The notes beneath the pieces are model-generated. The model worked only from the letters and a program-made list of their open reading frames with translations. It did not search any database and was not told the DNA's origin. The position numbers and the translations under genes were made by a program. Of a stretch of DNA of 59,946 nt, positions 39,964 through 50,117 are shown one piece after another. Source of the DNA: Clostridia bacterium (GTDB taxonomy: Bacteria; Bacillota; Clostridia; Lachnospirales; Lachnospiraceae); assembly GCA_021201905.1 (NCBI GenBank), contig JAJQEA010000279.1, positions 1 to 59,946 of the forward strand. Reading direction: 5' to 3'. How positions within the stretch are numbered: the stretch's first letter is position 1; each line of letters starts with the position of its first letter.

Positions 39964-41742
39964 TCATGATTTATGGCTCCAGATGGACTCCATGGTCCAT
40001 ACCTCCAAACGCTTCAGACTTCCGGCCGAAAAATCCGCCTCCAGATGCCCCTCTGTACTGTCCTGGTAAAACAGCTTGGTGCCCGCGGCCTCGCCGTGGT
40101 TTAAGTAAACCTCCGCCACCCTCCGGTCCATGAAAATCTCCACATAGCGGACCCTGCCCACATCAGACGGAAAACGGATCCCTTCCACTTCCTTCCTGGT
40201 GGATACCAGGCTTGTCACTCCATTTTTCCGCTCCAGATACAGGGTGTCATTTCCCTCCCTTGCAAGGGTAACAAGGAAATCCTGGTCATCACCCAGTTTG
40301 ATTTTCACAAAAAACGAGTTTCCCGGAACATGCACGGGTGGGATGTGCTCTCCTTGAATTTCCGGGGCTTGCGCCTGATTATCCGGCGGATTCCCTGTAG
40401 AATTCCCAGCTGAATTTCCGGCCAAATTCCCCTCCTGCCCGCAGCCATCCTTTTCACCCTGTCCTGATACCGCGAATATACGTTCCTTCAGCAGTCCGTA
40501 ACATTCCTTTACCGGTTCCGTGAACAGCCTGCCATGTTCCATGTGCAGTTCCCTTGGAAGGGAAAAACTGCCGCAGGCTCCTCCCGGCTTAACGCGGTGT
40601 TCACCGTAAAAATCAGAAATCCACCCTATGGCAATCCGTCTGCCGCTGTGTTCAAAGCTCTGCACAGCATAGAAGTTGCTCCCAAAATCATACCACTGCT
40701 GACATTCTGTCTTAAACCTGCCCCCGTCAAAGGTGCCGATATAGCACCGCGTCATCTGATACCGTCCGCATTCATCGCAGTGGCACATCCATGCCCCTGC
40801 GGCCACATATTTCCCATCCAGTTCAAAAAAGTCCGGACACTCAAAGGTCCTGATTCCCGGCTCATGCTCCTGTAAGAGAGGGCCTTTAAAGAGCCACCTT
40901 CCGCCCTCCCGGACATACAGCAGGATGGACGGCACACCGTCCAGGCTGGAGCCCAATACCATATAGTCCCTGCCTTCCGCCCGTTGTACCTTGGGGTCCC
41001 TGAAATCAAAGGATGCCCCTTCCGGTCTCTCAGTGATGCATGGGCGCTCCTTTTCCACATGGATACCGTCCCTGCACACGGCCTCTGTCTGCCATTCCCT
41101 GGTTTCCTCACCGTCCTCCTGCGGACCGTGGTGCCGGGTCAGATACAGATGCATCTGTTCCCCTTCCACCTGGGCGCTTCCCGAAAAAGCCCCTCCCTTG
41201 TGCTCCTTATCCCTCCACAGGCCGGGCTGGGGTTCCAGGGCAAAGGGCATATGTGTCCAGTGTATCAAATCCCGGCTCACCGCATGGCCCCAGTACATGT
41301 CATTCCATCCCTGCCCAAAGGGATTGGACTGGTAGAACAGATGATAATATCCCTTGAACCAGCAGAGCCCATTGGGATCATTTACCCAGTTTATAAAAGG
41401 ATTGAAATGATACTGCTCCCTTACAGGAGTATCATACCATTTTCCCAGCTCCATTTCATCACCGCTGTCCGGGTCCAGGAACCTTATCCCCCGGTCCATC
41501 AAATCCGGCCCTCCGCTCAGATACATCTGGGTGAGACCAACCCCTTTATGCCTGATGCGGTATGTACCCTTCCGGGGCAGGGCCAGCTGTACCAGACGGT
41601 ACCAGTCGTCATTCATGTGAACCTGCTGTTCCTTTCCTCCTGGTCCTTCCAGGCAGATCCACCCATCCCTGTCATCTGATTTTTCAGCAAATATGCAGAT
41701 GGATTCGTATTCCCCGCTGTCAAATTCCAGCATCCACATCAC
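39964..41742 (-). CDS. GH32 beta-fructofuranosidase with N-terminal extension
   Basis: Catalytic motifs WVNDPNG, WGHA, FSGS, FRDP and ECPD. Confidence 0.93.
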   Translation of the reverse strand: MMWMLEFDSGEYESICIFAEKSDDRDGWICLEGPGGKEQQVHMNDDWYRLVQLALPRKGTYRIRHKGVGLTQMYLSGGPDLMDRGIRFLDPDSGDEMELGKWYDTPVREQYHFNPFINWVNDPNGLCWFKGYYHLFYQSNPFGQGWNDMYWGHAVSRDLIHWTHMPFALEPQPGLWRDKEHKGGAFSGSAQVEGEQMHLYLTRHHGPQEDGEETREWQTEAVCRDGIHVEKERPCITERPEGASFDFRDPKVQRAEGRDYMVLGSSLDGVPSILLYVREGGRWLFKGPLLQEHEPGIRTFECPDFFELDGKYVAAGAWMCHCDECGRYQMTRCYIGTFDGGRFKTECQQWYDFGSNFYAVQSFEHSGRRIAIGWISDFYGEHRVKPGGACGSFSLPRELHMEHGRLFTEPVKECYGLLKERIFAVSGQGEKDGCGQEGNLAGNSAGNSTGNPPDNQAQAPEIQGEHIPPVHVPGNSFFVKIKLGDDQDFLVTLAREGNDTLYLERKNGVTSLVSTRKEVEGIRFPSDVGRVRYVEIFMDRRVAEVYLNHGEAAGTKLFYQDSTEGHLEADFSAGSLKRLEVWTMESIWSHKS

Positions 41743-41774
41743 CTCCTCTTCTCCTGTCTGTGTCTATTTTTCCT

Positions 41775-41827
41775 ATGTGGAACCCGTTCCATATCCACAC
41801 TATAGTACTAATCGATTAGTATGTCAA
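41775..41827 (-). promoter_or_regulatory. Sigma-A promoter of the GH32 operon with two different palindromic operators
   Basis: TTGACA(41827)-N17-TATAGT; TACTAATCGATTAGTA (41806-41821) fills the spacer; ATGTGGAACCCGTTCCATAT at 41775-41794. Confidence 0.75.
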
Positions 41828-41964
41828 TATCTTTTTGTAAAAAAGCGCAAAAATAGTGCACAATATACAGTTTTTCACTCTGCATATTGTGCACTATTTT
41901 GATTCTATTTCCAATTACTGTATTTACAGTTCTCAGGCATCCTCTGAGCGCTTTGTGGAACATT

Positions 41965-42939
41965 TTATACTGTTCCACCTTTTTGTATAGAAACAGGCAG
42001 AATTTGTTCCATTTCTACCTTCTTACCATCCAACAGATCCATCATGGTATCCACACAGGCTGTTGCCAGTCCCGGTATATCCTGCGCTATGCTGGTAAGC
42101 TTGGGGGTAAACAGCCGGGTCATGTCAACCGCGTCATAGCCAACGATATGAAGTTTCTCCGGAACCTTCACTCCTCTTTGGTTTGCTATGTTAAGGCAGT
42201 AGAGGGCTCCTATATCCGTGGTGAACACCCCGTCAATATCCCGGTAAATATCCATGTACTGTTCCATGATACGGCAATAGTAATCATATTCCATCATGTT
42301 CCAGGCCATTTCAATTGTTTTCACAGATGCCCCATTTTCCTCCATGACCCGCTTAAATTCCTGATGCCTGTCATTGGAAGGCGTATGGACGCGGAAGGAA
42401 CCGTCAAAGTTCAGCACATTCCTGCAGCCCGCATCCAAAAGAAGCCGGGCCGCCATCCTTCCTCCCGCCTTGTGATCCGAGTGTATCATGGGAATATCCG
42501 GACCCAGATTCCGGTCCATGGCCACCACCGGCTTGTTCAGGTTCAAGTACGCGTAATCCTGGAGTGAATGGGCGCCGGTGATGATTCCGTCCATTACATT
42601 CTGGCGCAGCATGTCAATGAAGTCCTGCTCACGGTTGCTGATCTCAATGGTATTGCAGATCATGGCCTTATACCCGTTCTTATAGAGCTGGATTTCCATG
42701 TGCTTCAGCAGCTTGCTGAAAAATGGATTTTCCATATCAGGTACCACGATTCCAATGATTCCCGTCCTGTTCCGGAACAGGTTTCTGGCCAGCTCATTGG
42801 GCTGATAGTCCAGTTCCTCAGCGATTGCAAGGATTTTTGCCCTGGTATCCTCCGCAACATAGCCTGTCCCGTTCAGGGCCCGGGACACAGTCCCCACCCC
42901 CACACCTGCTTTTTTTGCCACATCCCTGATACTTGCCAT
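41965..42939 (-). CDS. LacI family regulator (ScrR-like)
   Basis: SIRDVAKKAGVGVGTVSRALN HTH; YQPNELAR. Confidence 0.95.
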   Translation of the reverse strand: MASIRDVAKKAGVGVGTVSRALNGTGYVAEDTRAKILAIAEELDYQPNELARNLFRNRTGIIGIVVPDMENPFFSKLLKHMEIQLYKNGYKAMICNTIEISNREQDFIDMLRQNVMDGIITGAHSLQDYAYLNLNKPVVAMDRNLGPDIPMIHSDHKAGGRMAARLLLDAGCRNVLNFDGSFRVHTPSNDRHQEFKRVMEENGASVKTIEMAWNMMEYDYYCRIMEQYMDIYRDIDGVFTTDIGALYCLNIANQRGVKVPEKLHIVGYDAVDMTRLFTPKLTSIAQDIPGLATACVDTMMDLLDGKKVEMEQILPVSIQKGGTV

Positions 42940-43057
42940 ATGCCCAGACGACCTCCATCGCATAAAACTTCATTACGTAGTACTAATATCTTAGCAGGAG
43001 GAAGGTGAAAACGCAAGCGGGAGCCATGTTTTTTAAATTCCGGCTTTTTAAAGCTTT

Positions 43058-44008
43058 TTAAATCCGTCCAATCATCCATGCAACCAGAGGAAAGGTGAAA
43101 ATGCTGCTGAGGACGGTTATGATGGAAGCCCTGGATGCATAATCCGCCTGCGTATTCCCATTCTCCTTGCACATAATGGAAAACATGCTGCTGGCAGGTA
43201 TGGCCGCAATGAACGTGAGACAGATACCGGCAGGCTCATATACATGCAGGTACCGGCAGGCAGAATATACGATTACCGGGCATATCACCATCTTTACGGC
43301 GACCACTGTCACGGAGGGCCATCCCCTGTATATTCTGCGGATATCGCTTCTGGCTATGCTTGCGCCAATGCAAATCATAGCCAGGGGATTGGAGCATGCC
43401 CCAATCTTTTCCAGAACCGTCAGCACCATCATATCCTTGGGTACATCCGCCACGAACAGAACCAGTCCAATGAATACTGCTATGGTTGCGGGCTGCACCA
43501 TCCTGCGCAGGGAAACCGCGGCAGGAACTGCTTCCCGTTCCTCCTCTTTGCCGGAAGAAAGGGCCAGCCCCAGTGTCCACACCATCAGGTTATCCACAAT
43601 GGAATAGATTCCAAAAGCAGCCGTCCCCACCGGACCCAATACCTGGGCAGCCAATGGTATTCCAAAAAATCCGGTACTCCCGAACGCAGTGATTCCTATC
43701 TGTACTTTCTTAAGGTCCCCTTTTTGACCCATTGCCATAGAAAGAATGGCTCCGCTGGCTATTAATATTCCAAAGATGGCAAATCCTCCCACAAGCATGG
43801 GGAGAATCAGTCGCCTGTTCTCATCTCCTCCTCCCAAAGCCATGTTGGACACCAGTAGGGCCGGTATGATAAGCCGCATGATGATTGTATTCAATCTATC
43901 ATGCAGCTCCTCTGTGAGTAATCCTGCGGAATATGCTCCCCACCCCGCCAATATCATGAGAAAGAACAATTTCAACTGGTAAATTAAAACACCGATATCT
44001 ATCTCCAT
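43058..44008 (-). CDS. AEC (auxin efflux carrier / malate permease) family transporter
   Basis: About 10 TM helices; F.STGFFGIP, PLAMICIG, KM.ICP and PAS motifs. Confidence 0.85.
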   Translation of the reverse strand: MEIDIGVLIYQLKLFFLMILAGWGAYSAGLLTEELHDRLNTIIMRLIIPALLVSNMALGGGDENRRLILPMLVGGFAIFGILIASGAILSMAMGQKGDLKKVQIGITAFGSTGFFGIPLAAQVLGPVGTAAFGIYSIVDNLMVWTLGLALSSGKEEEREAVPAAVSLRRMVQPATIAVFIGLVLFVADVPKDMMVLTVLEKIGACSNPLAMICIGASIARSDIRRIYRGWPSVTVVAVKMVICPVIVYSACRYLHVYEPAGICLTFIAAIPASSMFSIMCKENGNTQADYASRASIITVLSSIFTFPLVAWMIGRI

Positions 44009-44013
44009 AACAT

Positions 44014-45408
44014 TTACTTATTGAAACACACGTATTCAATTCCAACAATCCGGCAGAACAGTTCCAAAACGTTGGAATAACTGCCATACGCCATATGAAG
44101 GTGGTTTGAATTGATTTTCTGGTAAAATGCCTCATAATCAGCCTCTGCTTCCACAAAAGCATGGGGGTAGCAATAGGTTGTCTCCTTCAGCTTTTCCATT
44201 GGATACATCTTTGTGGTCCCCTCAAAGCAGCCCAGCACATACCGGCCGTTGCTCCTGAACAGACGGGCAACCGTCACCTTACCAGGCTTTGCTATCATTT
44301 GTATGGATGCCCCTCCGGCCTCCCCGAATATATGAGGCATCAATGTTATTTTTTTTCAATGCCGCCCCACTGTCATCCGGATCCGCAAAATACGGCGCCA
44401 CACTTCCGCAGTTGGCAAGGACAAATTCCCTGCTTTCCCCATCAAAAAATTTAATATCCAGGAGACAGGACGGTTTTCCACCTGCGCACAGACTGAGAAT
44501 CCGCATTGTCAGGGCACCGTCGCAGTCACATTCGCAGGAGGTGGGAACCGGTGTTTTTGCTCCTTCCGCATCCATATCATTGTTCATGAGCGCCACCCCA
44601 AGACACTGAAGGGCAAAGTGGTCGCTCATGTCCTGCTGGCATTTAACCCCCAGAAAATCGTATTTTTTTCTGCCGTCATGTCTTTAAGCGCCAGATAACT
44701 ACGAACCTGAAGCTCCAGGCTGTCCTGGGTGAACCTGCCGCCGTATTGTATATTTGGCACATGTTCCTTTGCCCACCGCAGATGCGTTTCCACCCTGGCC
44801 GGATTCATCTCCTGCGCGCGGTACACAATCTCATACTGGTCGCAGTGGTCGAATTCAATCCCAAACTGGCTCTGCCACTGGATGGGATCAGCTACCGTAG
44901 TGCCTATGCCTATGCTTCTCCCTCCAATCATACCGAAGCTGGACCTGCGGATTCCCTCCGCCAGGGATACAGCCGCGATATATGTATCCACCTTTTCCTT
45001 CACCTCTCTGTCCGAATAATCGCCTGACACACGGATGCAGCTTTTTCCTGCCTGGTCCAGCATACCGGCAACAGCCAGAAGGGTAACAAGACTGGACGTG
45101 TCTCTCTGGAGGTTGCCCAACAGCAGCACCGGGTAGGATGTGCTGTCCGCCACCCTGAAGGCCAGGGAAGGGGTTGCCCATACCGGCAGATGGAGTATCA
45201 CCGCATGAATGCCTGCGCTGCGAATTTCGTCGGCTGCACGCTGCCCCTCCTCAGGATCAAAAATCACCGGCGTCATGGTAATATCATATCTGCCGCCAAA
45301 TGCCGCCCTGACCTTCTCCATTTCTGACTGTACAATGTGTTCCCTTTTCTTATAAAATTCCTTGCGGCTGTCACCCAGAGTGACTACCGCTACTTTTAGC
45401 TTTTTCAT
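44014..45408 (-). pseudogene. L-fucose/L-arabinose isomerase-like protein with two homopolymer frameshifts (T7 44663-44669, -1; T8 44349-44356, +1)
   Basis: Three consecutive ORFs join as ..AEKKYDFLGVKCQQDMS.. and ..ALKKITLMPH..; motifs IGGRSIG, CECDCDGALTM, NCGS, PGKVTVARL and SNHLH. Confidence 0.75.
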
Positions 45409-45431
45409 AGAACAATCCCTTCTGACTTATT

Positions 45432-46718
45432 TTAAAACCACTCAGGCTTAAACATTTTAGGAATCGCGAACGCAATATCCGGTGCAAAAGCCACCAATAC
45501 CACCACGATCACAGATACCATGATGTACGGTATGACTGCCATAAAGGATTTCTGTACACTCATGCCGGAAATCCGTCCTGCAATCAACAGGCACAGTCCA
45601 TACGGAGGAGTCACCTGTCCTACAGCCAATGTTATGACTATGATAAGCCCTAATTGAACTGCTGAGATACCAAAGGCGGACGCCACAGGCATCAGGACTG
45701 GCACAAACAGAATCATTGCCGGGATTGCATCCATAAAGGTTCCCAGGAACAGGTAAAAGGCAATGACTGCCAGCAGGAATTCCCACTTGTATGGAAAATA
45801 CTGCACAAATATCTCCTGCACTGCCATACCCACATTATAGTAGCTTAAAAGCTGTCCCAGGGCGTTGGCTGTGGCCAGCGCCAAAAGAGACGTGGCGCTG
45901 GTCCTCAGTGTATCATAGAGCAGCGGTTTTATATCCTTAATACCCAGGCTCTTAAACACAAACACTCCCAGAATTGTGGCGTAAATACATGCTATGGCAG
46001 CAGACTCAGTGGCCGTGCATATGCCTCCGATAACCCCGCCGATAATGATTACCGGTGTCAGTACCGGAGGAAGGCACTTCACCGCCAGCTTGAGAAACTC
46101 TTTAAACGTCATGGGTTCCTGTTTTGGATAATGATACTTTCTGTTTCCAATAAAAATAACTATCATCTGTCCCAACCCAATAAGGATTCCCGGCACGACC
46201 CCTCCCAAAAACAGGGCTCCTATGGATGCCCCTACAACAGAGGAATATACTACCATGGGGATGGACGGAGGTATGATGACGCCAACCGTAGAAGATGCCG
46301 CTGTCACCCCAACCGCCGTCTCCTGGCTGTAGCCCTCCTTTTCCATGGCCGGTATCAGAATAGACCCGATTCCCGCTGTGTCAGCCTGGGATGAGCCCGA
46401 TATCCCTGCAAACAGCATGGATACCATGACATTGGCGTAGGCCAGGCCTCCGGGGAATCTGCCCACGATGCCATTACAGAAACGAATCAGCTTTTCACTG
46501 ATTTTGGCCCGGTTCATTATGTTTGCCGCCAGTATAAACAGAGGCACTGCCAGCAATGTAAAACTGTTAAGACCTGTAAACATCTTCTGGACAACGGTTA
46601 TCATGGAGATACTATCCAGCTGGGAAATGCCGATTAAGGCCACCAAACCCAATATGTAAGCAATGGGAACCCCCATTGCCAGGAATAAAAGGAATGCTCC
46701 CACAAGAACATATATCAT
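45432..46718 (-). CDS. dctM: TRAP transporter large permease
   Basis: LLAVPLFILA, ISGSSQAD, IIPPSIP and TPPYG motifs. Confidence 0.93.
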   Translation of the reverse strand: MIYVLVGAFLLFLAMGVPIAYILGLVALIGISQLDSISMITVVQKMFTGLNSFTLLAVPLFILAANIMNRAKISEKLIRFCNGIVGRFPGGLAYANVMVSMLFAGISGSSQADTAGIGSILIPAMEKEGYSQETAVGVTAASSTVGVIIPPSIPMVVYSSVVGASIGALFLGGVVPGILIGLGQMIVIFIGNRKYHYPKQEPMTFKEFLKLAVKCLPPVLTPVIIIGGVIGGICTATESAAIACIYATILGVFVFKSLGIKDIKPLLYDTLRTSATSLLALATANALGQLLSYYNVGMAVQEIFVQYFPYKWEFLLAVIAFYLFLGTFMDAIPAMILFVPVLMPVASAFGISAVQLGLIIVITLAVGQVTPPYGLCLLIAGRISGMSVQKSFMAVIPYIMVSVIVVVLVAFAPDIAFAIPKMFKPEWF

Positions 46719-47245
46719 GAGTCCACCTCCTTCATGGCTTCATCCACTGCATTTACAATCCTTCTGCTCTCGGGATGCCGTATATATTCTACGATATTTT
46801 CCAGCGTAAACAGGGCGCTGGTAATGCCAAATATGGGAACACACATCCAGCACCACCCTCTGCTCACGGGAATGGACGTCATCTGCCAGGAGGAAAACTG
46901 CTTCACCAGTATCACTCCGTAAAATCCAACTACCAGGTTAAAGGCAAGGACCAGGATAAGACAGGCCAGTTCATCTATAAAAAATGCCCTGCCTTTCAGT
47001 TTCTCTGTAACAGCCGTAAACTTAAAATGCTCACTGCTGCGCACCATGGGGGCTGCGCCGATAAAGCAGCACCAGGCCAGGGCTGTATTGGCAAGCTCCT
47101 CCGTAAAGGATGCCTGGAATCCAAAGGCCCTGGAACAGACCTGCACAACCGTACACAGGAAGAATACGGCCACCGCGGCCATACCGATTCCATACATGGC
47201 TTTTTCAACCATATTACATATCTTTTTCACGTTGCTCTCCTCCAT
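46715..47245 (-). CDS. dctQ: TRAP transporter small permease
   Basis: 4 TM helices; TEELA..W..FIGA..H; located between dctP and dctM. Confidence 0.88.
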   Translation of the reverse strand: MEESNVKKICNMVEKAMYGIGMAAVAVFFLCTVVQVCSRAFGFQASFTEELANTALAWCCFIGAAPMVRSSEHFKFTAVTEKLKGRAFFIDELACLILVLAFNLVVGFYGVILVKQFSSWQMTSIPVSRGWCWMCVPIFGITSALFTLENIVEYIRHPESRRIVNAVDEAMKEVDS

Positions 47246-47257
47246 CCTGTGTGATGG

Positions 47258-48337
47258 TTACCTGGCTGCGTCGTTTACCTTATTGTACAGGTCGGCTGCC
47301 CCGATTTTCTCAGCGGCAGCGGATCTTGCATCGGCGCAGGCAGCAATCAGCTCATCCTTATTCACTTCATTGACAATGCCGCCGTTTTCCTTAATCTTTT
47401 CCATAGCCTCATCATTGAGCGCCTTATCAAATTCCCGCTGCTGGGTACATGCATAACCGGCAGCTTCGTCCACCCATGCCTTTTGCTCATCCGTGAGACT
47501 GCTATACTTTTGGGCGCCAATAAGATAGAGTCTTGTTGCAATATCGTGATCGGTCAGGGATACATACGGGCCAGCCTCGTAGAACTTCTGTAAAAGGATA
47601 TTGCCCAGGTCATTCTCGGCTGCGTCAATCACATTATTCTGCAAACCGCTGTAAAACTCGTTGTAGGCCAGAGTTGTGGGATTGGCGCCTAATGCGCTCC
47701 ATACGGAACGGACCGCCTCAGAATCCTGTACACATATCTTAACTCCCTTAAAATCAGCCACAGTTGTCACTGGCTTCACCCCAAAATATTCCCTTGTCCC
47801 GCAGCTCCAGTAGCCCAGAGAGTGGAATACGCCGGCCTGGTTAATCTTATCTGCAATGGTCTGTCCCACTTCCCCATCCACCACAGCGGTCCAATGGTCC
47901 ATGCCGGTGTACAGGAAGGGGATGGAAAACAGGTCTGCTTCCTTCACGCCTGTAGTGGCTACAAAGTTTGGCGCAGTGACAATCATATCCACGGTTCCGG
48001 TGGCCATCTTTTCCACCAGCTCTGATTCATTTCCCCCAAGCTCGCCATTGGGATGGATTTCCACCGTCATGGTTCCCCCGGATACCTCTTCCAATTTCTC
48101 CTTCATTGCTTCAAAACCCGCCTGGTATGAACTATCCAGGGAATTTACATGGGCGGCGATTAGTTTTATCTGTGCCCCTGTGCCGCCTGTCTTTTCAGAT
48201 GTCTCCTCTTTCTCTTCCTGGGCAGGAGCCTCCGTTCCCGCAGGTGCTGGTGTGGTCTCAGGCACGGAAACCTTTGTACACCCTGCAAGTGACATGGCCA
48301 TAGCTGCCGCCAAAAAAATCCCCATCGTTTTTTTCAT
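47258..48337 (-). CDS. dctP: TRAP transporter substrate-binding lipoprotein
   Basis: Lipobox LAGC; PNGELG, DFKGVKI and YSGLQNNVIDAAEN motifs. Confidence 0.92.
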   Translation of the reverse strand: MKKTMGIFLAAAMAMSLAGCTKVSVPETTPAPAGTEAPAQEEKEETSEKTGGTGAQIKLIAAHVNSLDSSYQAGFEAMKEKLEEVSGGTMTVEIHPNGELGGNESELVEKMATGTVDMIVTAPNFVATTGVKEADLFSIPFLYTGMDHWTAVVDGEVGQTIADKINQAGVFHSLGYWSCGTREYFGVKPVTTVADFKGVKICVQDSEAVRSVWSALGANPTTLAYNEFYSGLQNNVIDAAENDLGNILLQKFYEAGPYVSLTDHDIATRLYLIGAQKYSSLTDEQKAWVDEAAGYACTQQREFDKALNDEAMEKIKENGGIVNEVNKDELIAACADARSAAAEKIGAADLYNKVNDAAR

Positions 48338-48415
48338 GATTAATACTCCTTTCACCTTACATAATTTAATTTTATTCGTGATGCGGCTCTTAACGCCGCT
48401 CATCGCCGCTTAATA

Positions 48416-48463
48416 GGTAATCGATTGCCATTTTGGCAGAGCATGATGTAGAAATCGATTGCC
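48416..48463. promoter_or_regulatory. Two LacI-type operators upstream of dctP
   Basis: GGTAATCGATTGCC (48416-48429) and AGAAATCGATTGCC (48450-48463); same motif as 49626-49639. Confidence 0.75.
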
Positions 48464-48532
48464 ATAATGCCCATATAAAACACTGGATATGAACCAGTGC
48501 TTTATTTTTTCCGTCTTTTTTCAATTAAAAGC

Positions 48533-49606
48533 TCAAAGTCTTGGCGCTGACCTTCCCGTGCTTTGTCTCACAATCAGCCTGGAAGGCACCAGCACTTCCT
48601 CTTCTCTGGCCACCGTCTCACGGTTATCCGGCTCCTCCAACACCCCAAAATAGTATCCGGCTAACCGTCTGCCCCAGTCATACTTATCCAGGCCTATTGT
48701 TGTCAGGGCCGGATGGACTGAATCTGCAAAAATCAAATCGTCGAAGCTGATCATGGAATAATCCTCTGGTACATGTTTCCCGGATTCCCGCATGGCCTTT
48801 AATGCTCCCAAGGCCATCACATCATTCATGCAGATGTAGGCGGTCACCTCAGGCGAGCGCTGCAGCATAGCTTTTGCCAGAAGGTATCCCTTTTCAGACG
48901 ATTCAACGACTGCAGCTTCCTGTTTTACATCCTTTCCAAAAATATAGACATAACGGTCATCATATCCGATTCCCGCATCCTCCAGAACCTTTCTGTAACC
49001 CTCCAGACGCTTACTACGTATGGAGTTGTCAATTTTATCCAATAAAAACGCAATATCCCGGTGCCCTTCCTTCAAAAGATGCCTGACCGCAAGCTCGCAC
49101 TCAGCCACCTTATCTACCAGTATGGTGTGCATATGGGGAAGGCAGACATCATTGGAAACTACATTGACCGCCGTACCGCCTCTTTCCACAAACCGCAAAA
49201 GAGCAGAAGGCACTTCGTCCATGTATATGCTGATGATTCCCTGAACATTAACCGCCAGCATATTCTCAATGCTGTAATTCGTCCGTTCCACATCCCTGTC
49301 GCAGCTGGATATAATCATATGGTAGTTCCTGGCTACCATCTCATCCTCTATCCCCCTCACAATGGAAGGATAAAACGGATTGGCAATGGATGGGATAATG
49401 ATACCAACGGACGTGCTTGTCTGATTTTTGAGATTCCTGGCCTGGAGATTGGGTATGTATCCCATATTCCTGGAGGTTTCCATAATCCGTTCCCTTAATT
49501 CCTGCTTCACAGGATGGCTGGAGTTATTCATTACCCTGGAAACCGTTGCCGGGGACACGTTGGCTGCTTTGGCAATATCATAAATCGTTACGTTATTCTT
49601 ATTCAT
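48533..49606 (-). CDS. LacI family transcriptional regulator
   Basis: TIYDIAKAANVSPATVSRVMN HTH; VPEDYS..FDD. Confidence 0.95.
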   Translation of the reverse strand: MNKNNVTIYDIAKAANVSPATVSRVMNNSSHPVKQELRERIMETSRNMGYIPNLQARNLKNQTSTSVGIIIPSIANPFYPSIVRGIEDEMVARNYHMIISSCDRDVERTNYSIENMLAVNVQGIISIYMDEVPSALLRFVERGGTAVNVVSNDVCLPHMHTILVDKVAECELAVRHLLKEGHRDIAFLLDKIDNSIRSKRLEGYRKVLEDAGIGYDDRYVYIFGKDVKQEAAVVESSEKGYLLAKAMLQRSPEVTAYICMNDVMALGALKAMRESGKHVPEDYSMISFDDLIFADSVHPALTTIGLDKYDWGRRLAGYYFGVLEEPDNRETVAREEEVLVPSRLIVRQSTGRSAPRL

Positions 49607-49625
49607 ACGGTATTCATCCCTTTAT

Positions 49626-49639
49626 GGAAATCGATTTCC
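49626..49639. promoter_or_regulatory. LacI autoregulatory operator
   Basis: Perfect palindrome GGAAATCGATTTCC just upstream of the LacI start. Confidence 0.75.
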
Positions 49640-49949
49640 TTTATAGGGAATACTATCACAATTTTTCCAATATCGCAAGTATTTATTTCTATTTTCTTTA
49701 TACAAATTAATTTACATGCTGCTTTTTCCGTGTATCCGTTTTAATTTTCCGTCAATATTCACAAATTTCCCTATTAAATTCAGTCAAACGCGATATTCTT
49801 TCAAAAGAATATTGATTTATAAAGGAAATATGCTAGACTAAATACCGTCATAAGTCAAATATTTAACAGTTAATAATATTAGATGACGAATGACTATGTT
49901 ACACTGTTTCACAATTTTATAATTCACAAACATAAAATTTCAAAAACAT

Positions 49950-50084
49950 AAAACGAGAGTTTGGCAGCCTTTTACAAAGAGCTGTGGCTCTCGTTTTTTT
50001 ATTTCCCCAGGCAGCAGAGCATCCGGCGTCCAGGAGTTTGGCAACCTTTCACAAAGTGTTGAAGCTTTCATGAAAGCGTTTTTT
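49950..50084 (+). ncRNA. Candidate cis-regulatory leader RNA: two copies of a 33-nt hairpin, each coupled to a terminator
   Basis: 49957-49989 and 50034-50066 are 27/33 identical with a compensatory G-C/A-U pair; U-tracts at 49994-50000 and 50079-50084. Confidence 0.55.
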
Positions 50085-50117
50085 AAATAACAAAGAAATT
50101 CAGGAGGGAAAACAACA

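Noticed and set aside
49845-50117. Purine riboswitch or PyrR attenuator upstream of the NCS2 permease
   Set aside because: Conserved cores (TATAA..GATATGG..GTTTCTACC; AGTCCNGNGAGG) are not present by inspection.
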